Shown here piece by piece: positions 19,010-27,200 of a stretch of DNA of 64,000 nucleotides. The position numbers were made by a program, and so were the translations under genes. The DNA lies in NCBI GenBank assembly GCA_965203175.1, contig OZ241867.1, forward strand, positions 5,600,001 to 5,664,000. Direction: 5' to 3'. Under the pieces are notes generated by a model that saw nothing but the letters and a program-made list of their open reading frames with translations, did no database searches and was not told where the DNA came from. Source of the DNA: Candidatus Latescibacterota bacterium. GTDB taxonomy: Bacteria > Latescibacterota > UBA2968 > UBA8231. Position 1 is the stretch's first letter. The number at the start of each line of letters is the position of its first letter.

Positions 19010-20449
19010 TCAGGCGTAATTAGCCTCGTTCCACGCTCCCACCAAAAACGCCGTGCGATACTGCCGCGTCGAGATCAGCCAGTGGCACAGAAGTTTCTCG
19101 CACTGCTCGACAATCTCTTGATACGTCTGCTCGCCGTACAAATTGCGGGCCTCGTGCGGATCGGCCTCCAAGTCGTAGAGCTCGCCGCAGTCGCCTCCGA
19201 AATCCTCCGGCTGATAGTGCACGTAGCGCCACTTGCCCCAGCGCAACGCCTTACTGTGCCGATGCTCAGTGACCGCCACCTCATGCACGGGATCGGTTCC
19301 ACCCCGCAAAAGCTCGCTGATGTCCACCCCGTCCATGCCCTCCATCGCCGGCAACCCGCAGAGGCTCATAAACGTCGGGGCCAAATCAACATTTTCCACC
19401 AACGCGTCGCAAATCCTGCCCGCGGCCGCAACGCCCGGCACCCGCCAGAGCATCGGCACCCGACACACCGCTTCCGAGCATATCCCAGGGGCCTTTTCCT
19501 GAATGCCAAAAGCAGTGCTGTACGCGCCGTGATCGGAGTTATAGACGACAATCGTATCTCCAGCCAAGCCGCGTTCGTCGAGGTAGTCCAGAAGGCGGCC
19601 AATGCAGTAGTCAACCTGCGTCACGCAGCCCAGATAGCCGCGCCAGATGTTGCGCGCTCCCTCCTCCGGTGACCATTCCTCCCCTTCCCAAGCCCGCTGA
19701 AACCGCGCGTGCATATCGCGGAAATGCGGAGGGCGTCCCGACGGGTCTTGGTAATAAGTCTCCGGCAGCGCGATGCCGTCTGCATACATATCCCAAAACT
19801 TTCGATCCGGCGTATAAGGCGCGTGCGGTCGCGGCAACGAGACCTGCATACAGAAGGGATCTCCCTCACACCTCTCCATAAATTCAATCGCCCGGTCCAC
19901 GCACCAAGTCTCGACATTGTACTCCAGCGGCAGCTCCGATGGCCGGGCGCGGAACTGGTTCTGAGGCAAACCAACAGGATGGAGGGCTGGGTAGCCAGTG
20001 ATGCGAAAGTTGTCGTTTTGCTCCAAGAGACCGGCACCAGCCAAAAACGTTTGATACGGCGACAGACCGCCCGCGCCCGGCACTGGCGTCGAGGTGCCAG
20101 ACATCCAGTAGTCAACGTGATCCAACAGCCAGTCGCGCGGTTGGTTGGGCACATGCGTCTTGCCGATCACCGCCGTCTTGTACCCATGCTGTTTAAAATG
20201 GCCAAGGAAACTCTGCATTCCCTCCGGACGCGGCCCACCCAGACCGAAAAAACCGTGGTTGTGACAGTACTGGCCCGTATACATGCTCATGCGGCTAGGC
20301 GTGCAGATCGGATTCTGGGTGTACGCCGCTGAAAATCGCATGCCCTCACTGGCCAGCCGATCCATATTGGGCGTCAGCGCCTGCGCGTGGCCCTCGCAGC
20401 CCATGCAGGCCGCTTGGTGCTGATCAGAGAGGATGTGCAGTACATTCAT
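19010..20449 (-). CDS. Sulfatase (Cys type)
   Basis: MNVLHILSDQH, ICTPSR, SDHG, ELYDLEADP. ATG 20449 with SD GAGG. Confidence 0.93.
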   Translation of the reverse strand: MNVLHILSDQHQAACMGCEGHAQALTPNMDRLASEGMRFSAAYTQNPICTPSRMSMYTGQYCHNHGFFGLGGPRPEGMQSFLGHFKQHGYKTAVIGKTHVPNQPRDWLLDHVDYWMSGTSTPVPGAGGLSPYQTFLAGAGLLEQNDNFRITGYPALHPVGLPQNQFRARPSELPLEYNVETWCVDRAIEFMERCEGDPFCMQVSLPRPHAPYTPDRKFWDMYADGIALPETYYQDPSGRPPHFRDMHARFQRAWEGEEWSPEEGARNIWRGYLGCVTQVDYCIGRLLDYLDERGLAGDTIVVYNSDHGAYSTAFGIQEKAPGICSEAVCRVPMLWRVPGVAAAGRICDALVENVDLAPTFMSLCGLPAMEGMDGVDISELLRGGTDPVHEVAVTEHRHSKALRWGKWRYVHYQPEDFGGDCGELYDLEADPHEARNLYGEQTYQEIVEQCEKLLCHWLISTRQYRTAFLVGAWNEANYA

Positions 20450-20473
20450 TTGACACCTCAATTGGCTCTCTAG

Positions 20474-20537
20474 TCGTCCTCATCCTCGCCGACGACATTG
20501 GGCTATTCCGACCTCGGCTACTACAGCTCCGAAATCC
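20474..20537 (+). repeat. Degenerate copy of the arylsulfatase 5' coding segment (22745-22807)
   Basis: 64 vs 63 bp, with 3 substitutions and 1 inserted T. Confidence 0.9.
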
Positions 20538-20874
20538 TAATGTCGTCTTCTGTCAATGTCCGTTCCAATGCGCGGTCCCAGTCCATGCTGTCTTTCTCAA
20601 GCGTTGTTTGTACGCATCCGGGCAATTGCTGTCCACAGATGTACATCTCAGGGGTGCCCCAGTGCTCCGTGCCTTCGGGAATCCTTGGTCTGTTCCCGGT
20701 ATGCTGAATTGTCGCTTTCATGTAATGCACGATATAGGCCCGCCGAAACCGATCTGATCTGTTGGGAGTGCTGCGGTGCAATAGCGCATTGTTGAAAAAC
20801 ACCAATGCGCCCTTCGGCACTTCTACTGGCATGGCCTGTTCTTCCATCTCGTCTGACACAGCCACTCTTTTTAG

Positions 20875-22034
20875 GGCGTTGTTGCATGAATCATATCTGG
20901 GGCATCATTGTCGAATGTTGTTTTTTGTTCAGTTGATTTTTTCTACTCGATACGACTGGGGTTTGCCCACATGGATCATTCGATTGAGGAGGGCACAGCC
21001 GAGGCGACTTTCGACCTGTTGGTTGATCCAGCTACGCGCCTTCAGCTTGTCGCCGATGAGGTGCTTATAGCGATAGATTTGCGTTTCGGCCAACGAGCGT
21101 CGATGATAGCCACTGGCCTGTTTCCACTCCTTGCGTCCCTTTCGTCGTATGGCCCGCAGGATTTCATCGCGCGCCAACGGGGGGACCTTACAATTACCAT
21201 GCTGATGGATTGTAGCGTCTTTGCGCAGTGCGATGATCGGCCGAATCGAGGGATCACTCCGCGTGGCCAAGGCGTCGAACACCTTCTGTTTGTCATAGGC
21301 CCCATCGCCGCCTACCGCCTCCACCGCCTCGTCGACTTGGGTCAACAGAGGGGCCACCTGCGAGGCATCATCGATCCGATGGGACGTCAACGTCTGCGCG
21401 ACCACCTCGCCGGTGGCCTCGTTGACCCCCACATGCAGTTTGCGCCACGTGCGCCGTTTGGTCCAGCCGTGTTGACGGACTTTCCTCTCGCCCTCGCCAT
21501 AGACTTTCAAACCCGTCGAATCCACTACCAAGTGCATCGGGCTAGCCGGGCTATCGGGCTGCTTTTTCGGCAACTCCACCGCCAAGGCCCCTTGGCGACG
21601 CGACAAGGTCGAGTAGTCCGGCACGGCCAAGGCCAACCCCATCAAGTCCAACAGCGATTGGATAAACCCCTGCGTCTGGCGCAACGGCAACCCAAGCAAC
21701 ACCCGCATCGTCAACATCCATTCAATCGCTGGATCCGAATAGACAAACTGAGCACCCCGTTGCGATGGCCCCTGAGCATACCATTGCTTCCACAGACCAT
21801 CGTCCAGCCACACCGTCAGGCTACCACGAGCCACCAACGCCCGATTATACGACGACCAATTCTTAACCCGATACACCGGTTGCGACTTGACCGAGGGCGA
21901 ACTGCCAGATACTTTGCTCATCACAGGCTCTTTGGGAAGAAAGGAACGTGTTTCTTGCTGGAAACCACGAACCAATCTAACCGAAGAGCCTGACTCATTT
22001 CAAGACCCGAACACAGCTTTCATGCAACAACGCC
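20875..22034 (-). mobile_element. IS5-family element (IS903-like group), 1160 bp
   Basis: Perfect 16-bp IR GGCGTTGTTGCATGAA. 8-bp flanking repeat CTTTTTAG/CTTTTTTG (1 mismatch). Confidence 0.92.
20929..21921 (-). CDS. IS5-family DDE transposase
   Basis: NWSSYNRALVARGSL, VVDSTGLKVYGEGE, WRKLH, GDGAYD, GYHRRSLAET. Confidence 0.95.
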   Translation of the reverse strand: MSKVSGSSPSVKSQPVYRVKNWSSYNRALVARGSLTVWLDDGLWKQWYAQGPSQRGAQFVYSDPAIEWMLTMRVLLGLPLRQTQGFIQSLLDLMGLALAVPDYSTLSRRQGALAVELPKKQPDSPASPMHLVVDSTGLKVYGEGERKVRQHGWTKRRTWRKLHVGVNEATGEVVAQTLTSHRIDDASQVAPLLTQVDEAVEAVGGDGAYDKQKVFDALATRSDPSIRPIIALRKDATIHQHGNCKVPPLARDEILRAIRRKGRKEWKQASGYHRRSLAETQIYRYKHLIGDKLKARSWINQQVESRLGCALLNRMIHVGKPQSYRVEKIN

Positions 22035-22670
22035 CTTTTTTGCAATAAATAATCATCGCTCTCGACCTGGCTGTGATCTATCACGCCCAGGCGGTGGCTA
22101 CCGGGGATCACCCACAAGCATCCGTTTTCTTCGTCTGCATCATCCAGTGCCAGCCAGGTTCCAATCGTCGATTGGTCTATAGCGTCCCCCACGCTGCTGA
22201 TATACGTGTTGCGGAAATACCACGAGTCCTGATGCCACGCAATAGGTCGCCCGGTGCCCGGAGGTTTAAAAAAATATAGATCGTTTGGACAGAACAGATC
22301 TCGCCCCACGATCTCTGCGACCGCATCCAGCCGCCTTGGGTCGCGAATGTGGGATCGCACCAATGCACTGAACCTGTGAAGTCGCGTTATACCGTTTAAC
22401 GATGCAGGTCCAGAAGTCGCATCAGTTCCGGCATTGCGTTTCAGAATTGCTTGCTTCTCTTTCTCTGTCAACACGTCAGAGGTTTCGATGAGTTCTACGA
22501 GATCTTCGATTCTGTCGCTCAGTGCATCAATCTCATAAATGTCGAAGGCATCTAGGCGAATAAAGAACCCATCTTTTGCATACTTTTCGCGCTCTTCTGC
22601 AATCAATCCATGCGTTATAGAGTCAACTGTAGCCATAAAACATCTCCTTTCCTTTTGAGAATTATTAATT

Positions 22671-22698
22671 TAATTCGTAATTCCTAATTCCTAATTTG
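22671..22698 (+). repeat. Heptamer tandem repeat (TAATTCS) x4
   Basis: TAATTCG TAATTCC TAATTCC TAATTTG in a divergent intergenic region. Confidence 0.8.
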
Positions 22699-22716
22699 CG
22701 CAGAAGGAGTCCTTCC

Positions 22717-24348
22717 ATGCCCACCACCTCCCAGCGCCCCAACATCGTCCTCATCCTCGCCGACGACATGGGCTATTCCGACCTCGGCTGCTACGGCTCT
22801 GAAATCCGCACCCCCAACCTAGATGGCCTCGCCGCCGAGGGCCTGCGCTTCTCGCAGATGTACAATTTCGCCCGCTGCTGCCCCTCGCGCGCGGCCTTGC
22901 TGACCGGTCTCTATCCACACCAAGCCGGCATCGGCCACATGGCTGGCGGCATCCCCAACGCTCCTGGCTATGGCGGCTATCTGCGCCACTCGTCCGTCAC
23001 CATTGCCCAAGTACTCAAGGAACGCGGCTATCGCACCCTAATGTCGGGCAAGTGGCACTGCGGCAAAAGACCCGACAGCGCCGACACGCCCCCCGAGATG
23101 CAGCACGGTTTCGACCGCCTCTTTGGCCTCGGTAGAAACAGCGGCTACTTCGGCGGGCGCACCTGCGCCCTCGACGGCGAACCTATCGCCGCCAATCCCA
23201 CCGACTTCTACCTCACCGACGCCATCTCCAATCACGCCGTTGACTTCATCTCTGAAAGCGCCGACCAGCCCTTTTTCATGTACGTCGCGTACACAGCACC
23301 GCACTGGCCGCTCCAAGCCTTTGAGAAGGACATCGCCCGCTATCAGGGCCAGTACCGCAAAGGCGGCTGGGACGCAGCGCGCACCGCCCGCCACGAAGCG
23401 CTCAAAGACATGGAAATCGTCAGCTCGCACTGGGACATATCGCCCCGCGACGAGGACGCACCTCCTTGGAATGAAGTGGCCGACCCAGATTGGGAAGACC
23501 GGCGCATGGCCGTGTACGCCGCTCAGGTCGATCGCATGGACCAAGGCATCGGCCGCATCCTCGCCAAACTCCGCGAACTCGACCTAGAAGACAATACATT
23601 GATCATTTTTCTCTCGGACAACGGCGGCTGTGCTGAATTCTTGTGCGAGGACGGCAATCGCATCGATTGGGTCTTTTTACAAGGCCTGACAACCCACGAC
23701 GGGCGGCCCGTGCAAATGGGCAACATCCCCGGTCTGATGCCCGGGGCTGAGGACACGTACATGAGCTACGACGTGCCCTGGGCCAATGTCAGCACCACCC
23801 CCTTCCGCCGCTATAAGCGCTGGGTCCACGAAGGCGGCATCGCCACCCCCTGCATCGTCCGCTGGCCTGCCACCATCAAACAACCCGACCTCGCGCACGC
23901 CCCCGCCCAGATCATCGACATCACCGCCACCCTCATCGACGCAGCCGGCGCTTCCTACCCCGCCGAATACGACGGCCACGCCATTACCCCCCTCGAAGGC
24001 GAGAGCTTCCTCTCACTCCTTGAAGGCCGCGAGTGGTCGCGCGAAAAGCCTATGTACTGGGAGCACGAGGGCAATGCCGCCATCCGCATCGGGCCGTGGA
24101 AACTAGTCTGCGAAACCAGCGGCCAAGGCGGCTGGGAACTCTACAACATGGACGAAGATCGCACCGAACTCAACGATCTAGCGGAGCGAGAAAAAGCCCG
24201 AGTTGGGGAAATGGCAAAGCGTTACCGCGAATGGGCGGACCGCGCCGATGTCCTGCCCTGGCCCATCAGCCCCGGCGCGTGGAAATTCGCCGGTATGAAC
24301 CGGGAGGGCACCTTCTACATGCGAGGACGGCACGGCCACATGGTCTAG
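22717..24348 (+). CDS. Arylsulfatase (Cys type)
   Basis: PNIVLILADDMGYSDLG, CCPSRA, SGKWH, APHWP, SDNGG. ATG 22717 with SD AAGGAG. Confidence 0.95.
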   Translation: MPTTSQRPNIVLILADDMGYSDLGCYGSEIRTPNLDGLAAEGLRFSQMYNFARCCPSRAALLTGLYPHQAGIGHMAGGIPNAPGYGGYLRHSSVTIAQVLKERGYRTLMSGKWHCGKRPDSADTPPEMQHGFDRLFGLGRNSGYFGGRTCALDGEPIAANPTDFYLTDAISNHAVDFISESADQPFFMYVAYTAPHWPLQAFEKDIARYQGQYRKGGWDAARTARHEALKDMEIVSSHWDISPRDEDAPPWNEVADPDWEDRRMAVYAAQVDRMDQGIGRILAKLRELDLEDNTLIIFLSDNGGCAEFLCEDGNRIDWVFLQGLTTHDGRPVQMGNIPGLMPGAEDTYMSYDVPWANVSTTPFRRYKRWVHEGGIATPCIVRWPATIKQPDLAHAPAQIIDITATLIDAAGASYPAEYDGHAITPLEGESFLSLLEGREWSREKPMYWEHEGNAAIRIGPWKLVCETSGQGGWELYNMDEDRTELNDLAEREKARVGEMAKRYREWADRADVLPWPISPGAWKFAGMNREGTFYMRGRHGHMV

Positions 24349-25997
24349 CGCACCCCTACCTTCCTGTAAATCTCCTCGCGCACCTTGTAGATTTCCCGCG
24401 CCTCTTGGGTCATCTCCGCCCCACCCCGTTCCGTCCATTCGGCCACGAAATCGTCGAAATAGTCGAGGTCGCGCTCGCCGCGTACGATTTCGGCGTAAAC
24501 CGTCATCTGCAAATTGCGCAAATCGCGCAAGTGCTTGATCGACGAGGGCACCACGTCCGGCTTGCCAAACAGGCCGGCCTGCGCCCACTCGGTGCGCTGA
24601 TAGCGCTCGCGGTGTTGCAGCATCGCCATCGGCAAGTACTTGTCGGCAATAGCGGGCCGGACCCCGCAGGGTGCAAAAAAGCCGCCCGGGCCATCGACGT
24701 TCAACACGGTCAGATGCTTGCTGGCAACGTTGCGGTCGTCGTAGGGCGGCAGATGGTACAGGCCGCGCTCAGCGTCGAACTCCCAATGCACGCCCCGCTG
24801 GCCCATCCGCACCTCCACAAAGAGCTTTTCCTCAACCGCTAGCGCCTCAAAAATTTTGAGCATCCGCACCACCTTCTCAGGCACTGCCGCCACCTGCTTG
24901 CCAAAGACAAAGACATGGGCAGCCGTGCTCCACACCCGTGCCCCGCGGATGCCTGCTGGACCAGCCGGAAACGGCCCGACCACCACTTCGGCACTCGGCT
25001 GTAACTCGGCAATGACCGATACCAACGAAGCCTTGTTGTACTTGTCAAAGCTATTATAGCCGCCCTGGCTAAAGAGATATCCCGTCCTACCGCTGACGAA
25101 TTTCTGGTAGGGTATTGGGCTGCTCTTGATTTGGCCAATCGCAAAGTCGGGGTCAATCAGCCCGTCGGCGTACCACTTGCGCAAAAGGCCCAAGATCTCC
25201 TTGACCTCGGGCCGAGTCCCGCCCCACACGACCGCGCCGTCGCGCAGCATCCAGCCGTGCGGCACGATCCCGTAGGCCCCAAAGATCGCGCCGAAGACAT
25301 TGAACCAAGCCTGCGCGTTGGGACACATGCCGTAGGTGTCTTGTATCCCATTGCCATCCGGATCCTCGTGGCGAAACTTCCACAGCGCCGTGTACATCTC
25401 GTCGAGGTTTTCCGGCACCTTGTCGATGCCGACGTTGCGCAGCCAGTCCATCCTCCAGATCCCCGGCACAGGATAGCCGAGACTGCTACCCCAAGTGGGG
25501 ATGCCGTAGTTGGCCCCCTTCCAGTAGGCGTAGAGCCACGCCGAGGGCGCGTACTCGTTGAGATAGCGCACGTAGTTGGGCGCGTGTTTTTGGATGACCT
25601 CGTAGGGAATGGGCAGCGCATAGCCGTGGTGGGCGTCCTTTTGCACCACGACCGGATCGCCGGCGTAGAACAAATCGGGCACATTGCCGCCGGCAAAGAC
25701 CAGCGGCCGGCGCCGCATATAGGCAAAATGACTAGTAAACAGCGGCTTGAAATCGACGTTGAACCGCGCTTCGAGCCGCTTTTCGATCCAAGTGCCCTCG
25801 CGCGCAGTGGGAAAGCGCGGGATGCTCATCCAAGAGATCTCGAGCCGCTCCTCCGGATCATCAACGACCGAATCCCAGTCGATACTCAGCTCCGCCTCTG
25901 TCGCCTGCATCCTCCGCGCCTGTCGCTCGGCGAGAGCATACACAGCGCTAACGCAGGCAAAAAACGCCAACAGTAAAAGAAGTTTTCTCCACGTCAT
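24345..25997 (-). CDS. Extracellular solute-binding protein (LplA-like)
   Basis: N-terminal hydrophobic anchor, RMDWLRNVGIDKVPENLDE, DPDGNGIQDTYG, YADGLIDPDF. Confidence 0.9.
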   Translation of the reverse strand: MTWRKLLLLLAFFACVSAVYALAERQARRMQATEAELSIDWDSVVDDPEERLEISWMSIPRFPTAREGTWIEKRLEARFNVDFKPLFTSHFAYMRRRPLVFAGGNVPDLFYAGDPVVVQKDAHHGYALPIPYEVIQKHAPNYVRYLNEYAPSAWLYAYWKGANYGIPTWGSSLGYPVPGIWRMDWLRNVGIDKVPENLDEMYTALWKFRHEDPDGNGIQDTYGMCPNAQAWFNVFGAIFGAYGIVPHGWMLRDGAVVWGGTRPEVKEILGLLRKWYADGLIDPDFAIGQIKSSPIPYQKFVSGRTGYLFSQGGYNSFDKYNKASLVSVIAELQPSAEVVVGPFPAGPAGIRGARVWSTAAHVFVFGKQVAAVPEKVVRMLKIFEALAVEEKLFVEVRMGQRGVHWEFDAERGLYHLPPYDDRNVASKHLTVLNVDGPGGFFAPCGVRPAIADKYLPMAMLQHRERYQRTEWAQAGLFGKPDVVPSSIKHLRDLRNLQMTVYAEIVRGERDLDYFDDFVAEWTERGGAEMTQEAREIYKVREEIYRKVGVR

Positions 25998-26006
25998 AAG
26001 TGCCCT

Positions 26007-26044
26007 AAAAAATAAAGGAGGCAGATCGCAGTTGATCTACCTCC
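26007..26044 (-). terminator. Intrinsic terminator
   Basis: GGAGGTAGATC-loop-GATCTGCCTCC followed by TTTATTTTTT, downstream of 26075-27019. Confidence 0.8.
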
Positions 26045-26074
26045 CTAAGTCAAACCCGCAAACTACCGGGACTG

Positions 26075-27019
26075 CTACTGCATGTACGAAGCCTTAATGT
26101 GGCCCCAGCTATCGTTCTCGACAGCGGTTGGCAAAAGCTCCATCTGCGCCGGTAGCAAGATGAAGTCGGTGATGCACTTGCCGTCGCCGTTGCCGCAACG
26201 CGCGCCGCCCATGCGCCAAGCAGCGAAACGGCGGTCGGTGTCCCTGTCGGTGCCCACATCGTTGTCGATAATCGAGATGCCCAAACCGATGATATCGTTT
26301 TCGCTGAAGGCGTGCTGGACGCTATTTTCGGGCGACGCGTGGTCGAAGTCGTCCCAGCCCACGGTCCACCACTCGGCCTGGAAGGTCGCCTCAGTAGCGT
26401 GCGCACCGTTGAGGTTGAAGGAACTGCCGCAGCACGAATAGGGCTCGACGTCGTGCCAAGTAGCGCTCGAGGCCCAAAGCCAGTTCCAGCCAATCGGCTC
26501 CATCGGTGGCCAGCGGTAGTGGCTCATCTGGTTGAGGCGTCCGCGGTTGCGCAGCACTTCTTCCTCAGAGTCAAAGTCGTCGGCACCAAACCACGAGACA
26601 TCGCCGCCGTGATTGGCGTCGAGGTTGATCTCAAAGCTGTCGTCGCCGCCAGCGCCACCGATGCCGCCGGCATCGCGATCCCACAGATCGTCGAAGCGGT
26701 CATAGACGAAGTAGAGGCGGTCCAGCTCGTCGTTCCAGCCCGAGGTCCAGCGGAAGTTCAGATCCGCAGTATTGACCTCGGCTCCAACCTCGCCAGCCAC
26801 TACTACGTGCAGGAGCTCGCCGTTGAATTCGCTGAACGGCGTGAGCCACAAGTTGTCGGGCACTACGTCCCACTCGGAAATATCGCCGTCCATCACCGGC
26901 AGATGCGACGTGGGCCACTGCCAGACGCCCAAGATCAGCCCCTCGGGCACGTGCGCAAAAGAAGGCGAGCTCAGCCCCAAAAGCGATACGGCCACACTCA
27001 GCGTCAATAGTTTCCTCAT
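26075..27019 (-). CDS. Exported protein, CBM9/DOMON-like, with C-terminal TAVExxSWGxIK tail
   Basis: Signal peptide (SFA|H), PVMDGDISEW...GWNDELDRLYF...DDSFEINLD. Ends PTAVENDSWGHIKASYMQ. Confidence 0.75.
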   Translation of the reverse strand: MRKLLTLSVAVSLLGLSSPSFAHVPEGLILGVWQWPTSHLPVMDGDISEWDVVPDNLWLTPFSEFNGELLHVVVAGEVGAEVNTADLNFRWTSGWNDELDRLYFVYDRFDDLWDRDAGGIGGAGGDDSFEINLDANHGGDVSWFGADDFDSEEEVLRNRGRLNQMSHYRWPPMEPIGWNWLWASSATWHDVEPYSCCGSSFNLNGAHATEATFQAEWWTVGWDDFDHASPENSVQHAFSENDIIGLGISIIDNDVGTDRDTDRRFAAWRMGGARCGNGDGKCITDFILLPAQMELLPTAVENDSWGHIKASYMQ

Positions 27020-27115
27020 AACTTGTCTCCCTCTCCTAAGAAATGGGGTTGCCTCGATAAAAAATTTTCGCGCCGATATACTCGGAGCGCGTTTTGAATC
27101 GCATTGAGGCTGTTA

Positions 27116-27144
27116 GTCATAACAAATGGCTCTTATGTTGTCAA
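27116..27144 (-). promoter_or_regulatory. Putative sigma70 promoter
   Basis: TTGACA, 17 bp, TATGAC with a TG extension. Confidence 0.45.
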
Positions 27145-27200
27145 TGTCTTTTTAGATATAGTAGCGCGTCCTAAGAAGGCGCGTTGACATCCTCAAAATC

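Larger units (their letters stand above)
20521..22636 (-). pseudogene. Phytanoyl-CoA dioxygenase (PhyH)-family Fe/2OG enzyme interrupted by IS5
   Basis: WHQD and GCLWVIPGSH in the 5' part, LLHRS..N.S.RFRR in the 3' part. Removing the IS restores DYLLQKRVAVSDEM in frame (315 aa). Confidence 0.9.

Noticed and set aside
20498-20707. 69-aa ORF starting MGYSDLG
   Set aside because: Only the first codons derive from the duplicated sulfatase fragment. The rest is antisense to PhyH.
20908-21993. 361-aa + strand ORF
   Set aside because: Antisense shadow of the IS5 transposase.
20873-22036. 18-bp IR defining longer IS5 ends
   Set aside because: The extra 2 bp belong to the flanking duplication. The 16-bp ends give a target repeat and restore the PhyH frame.
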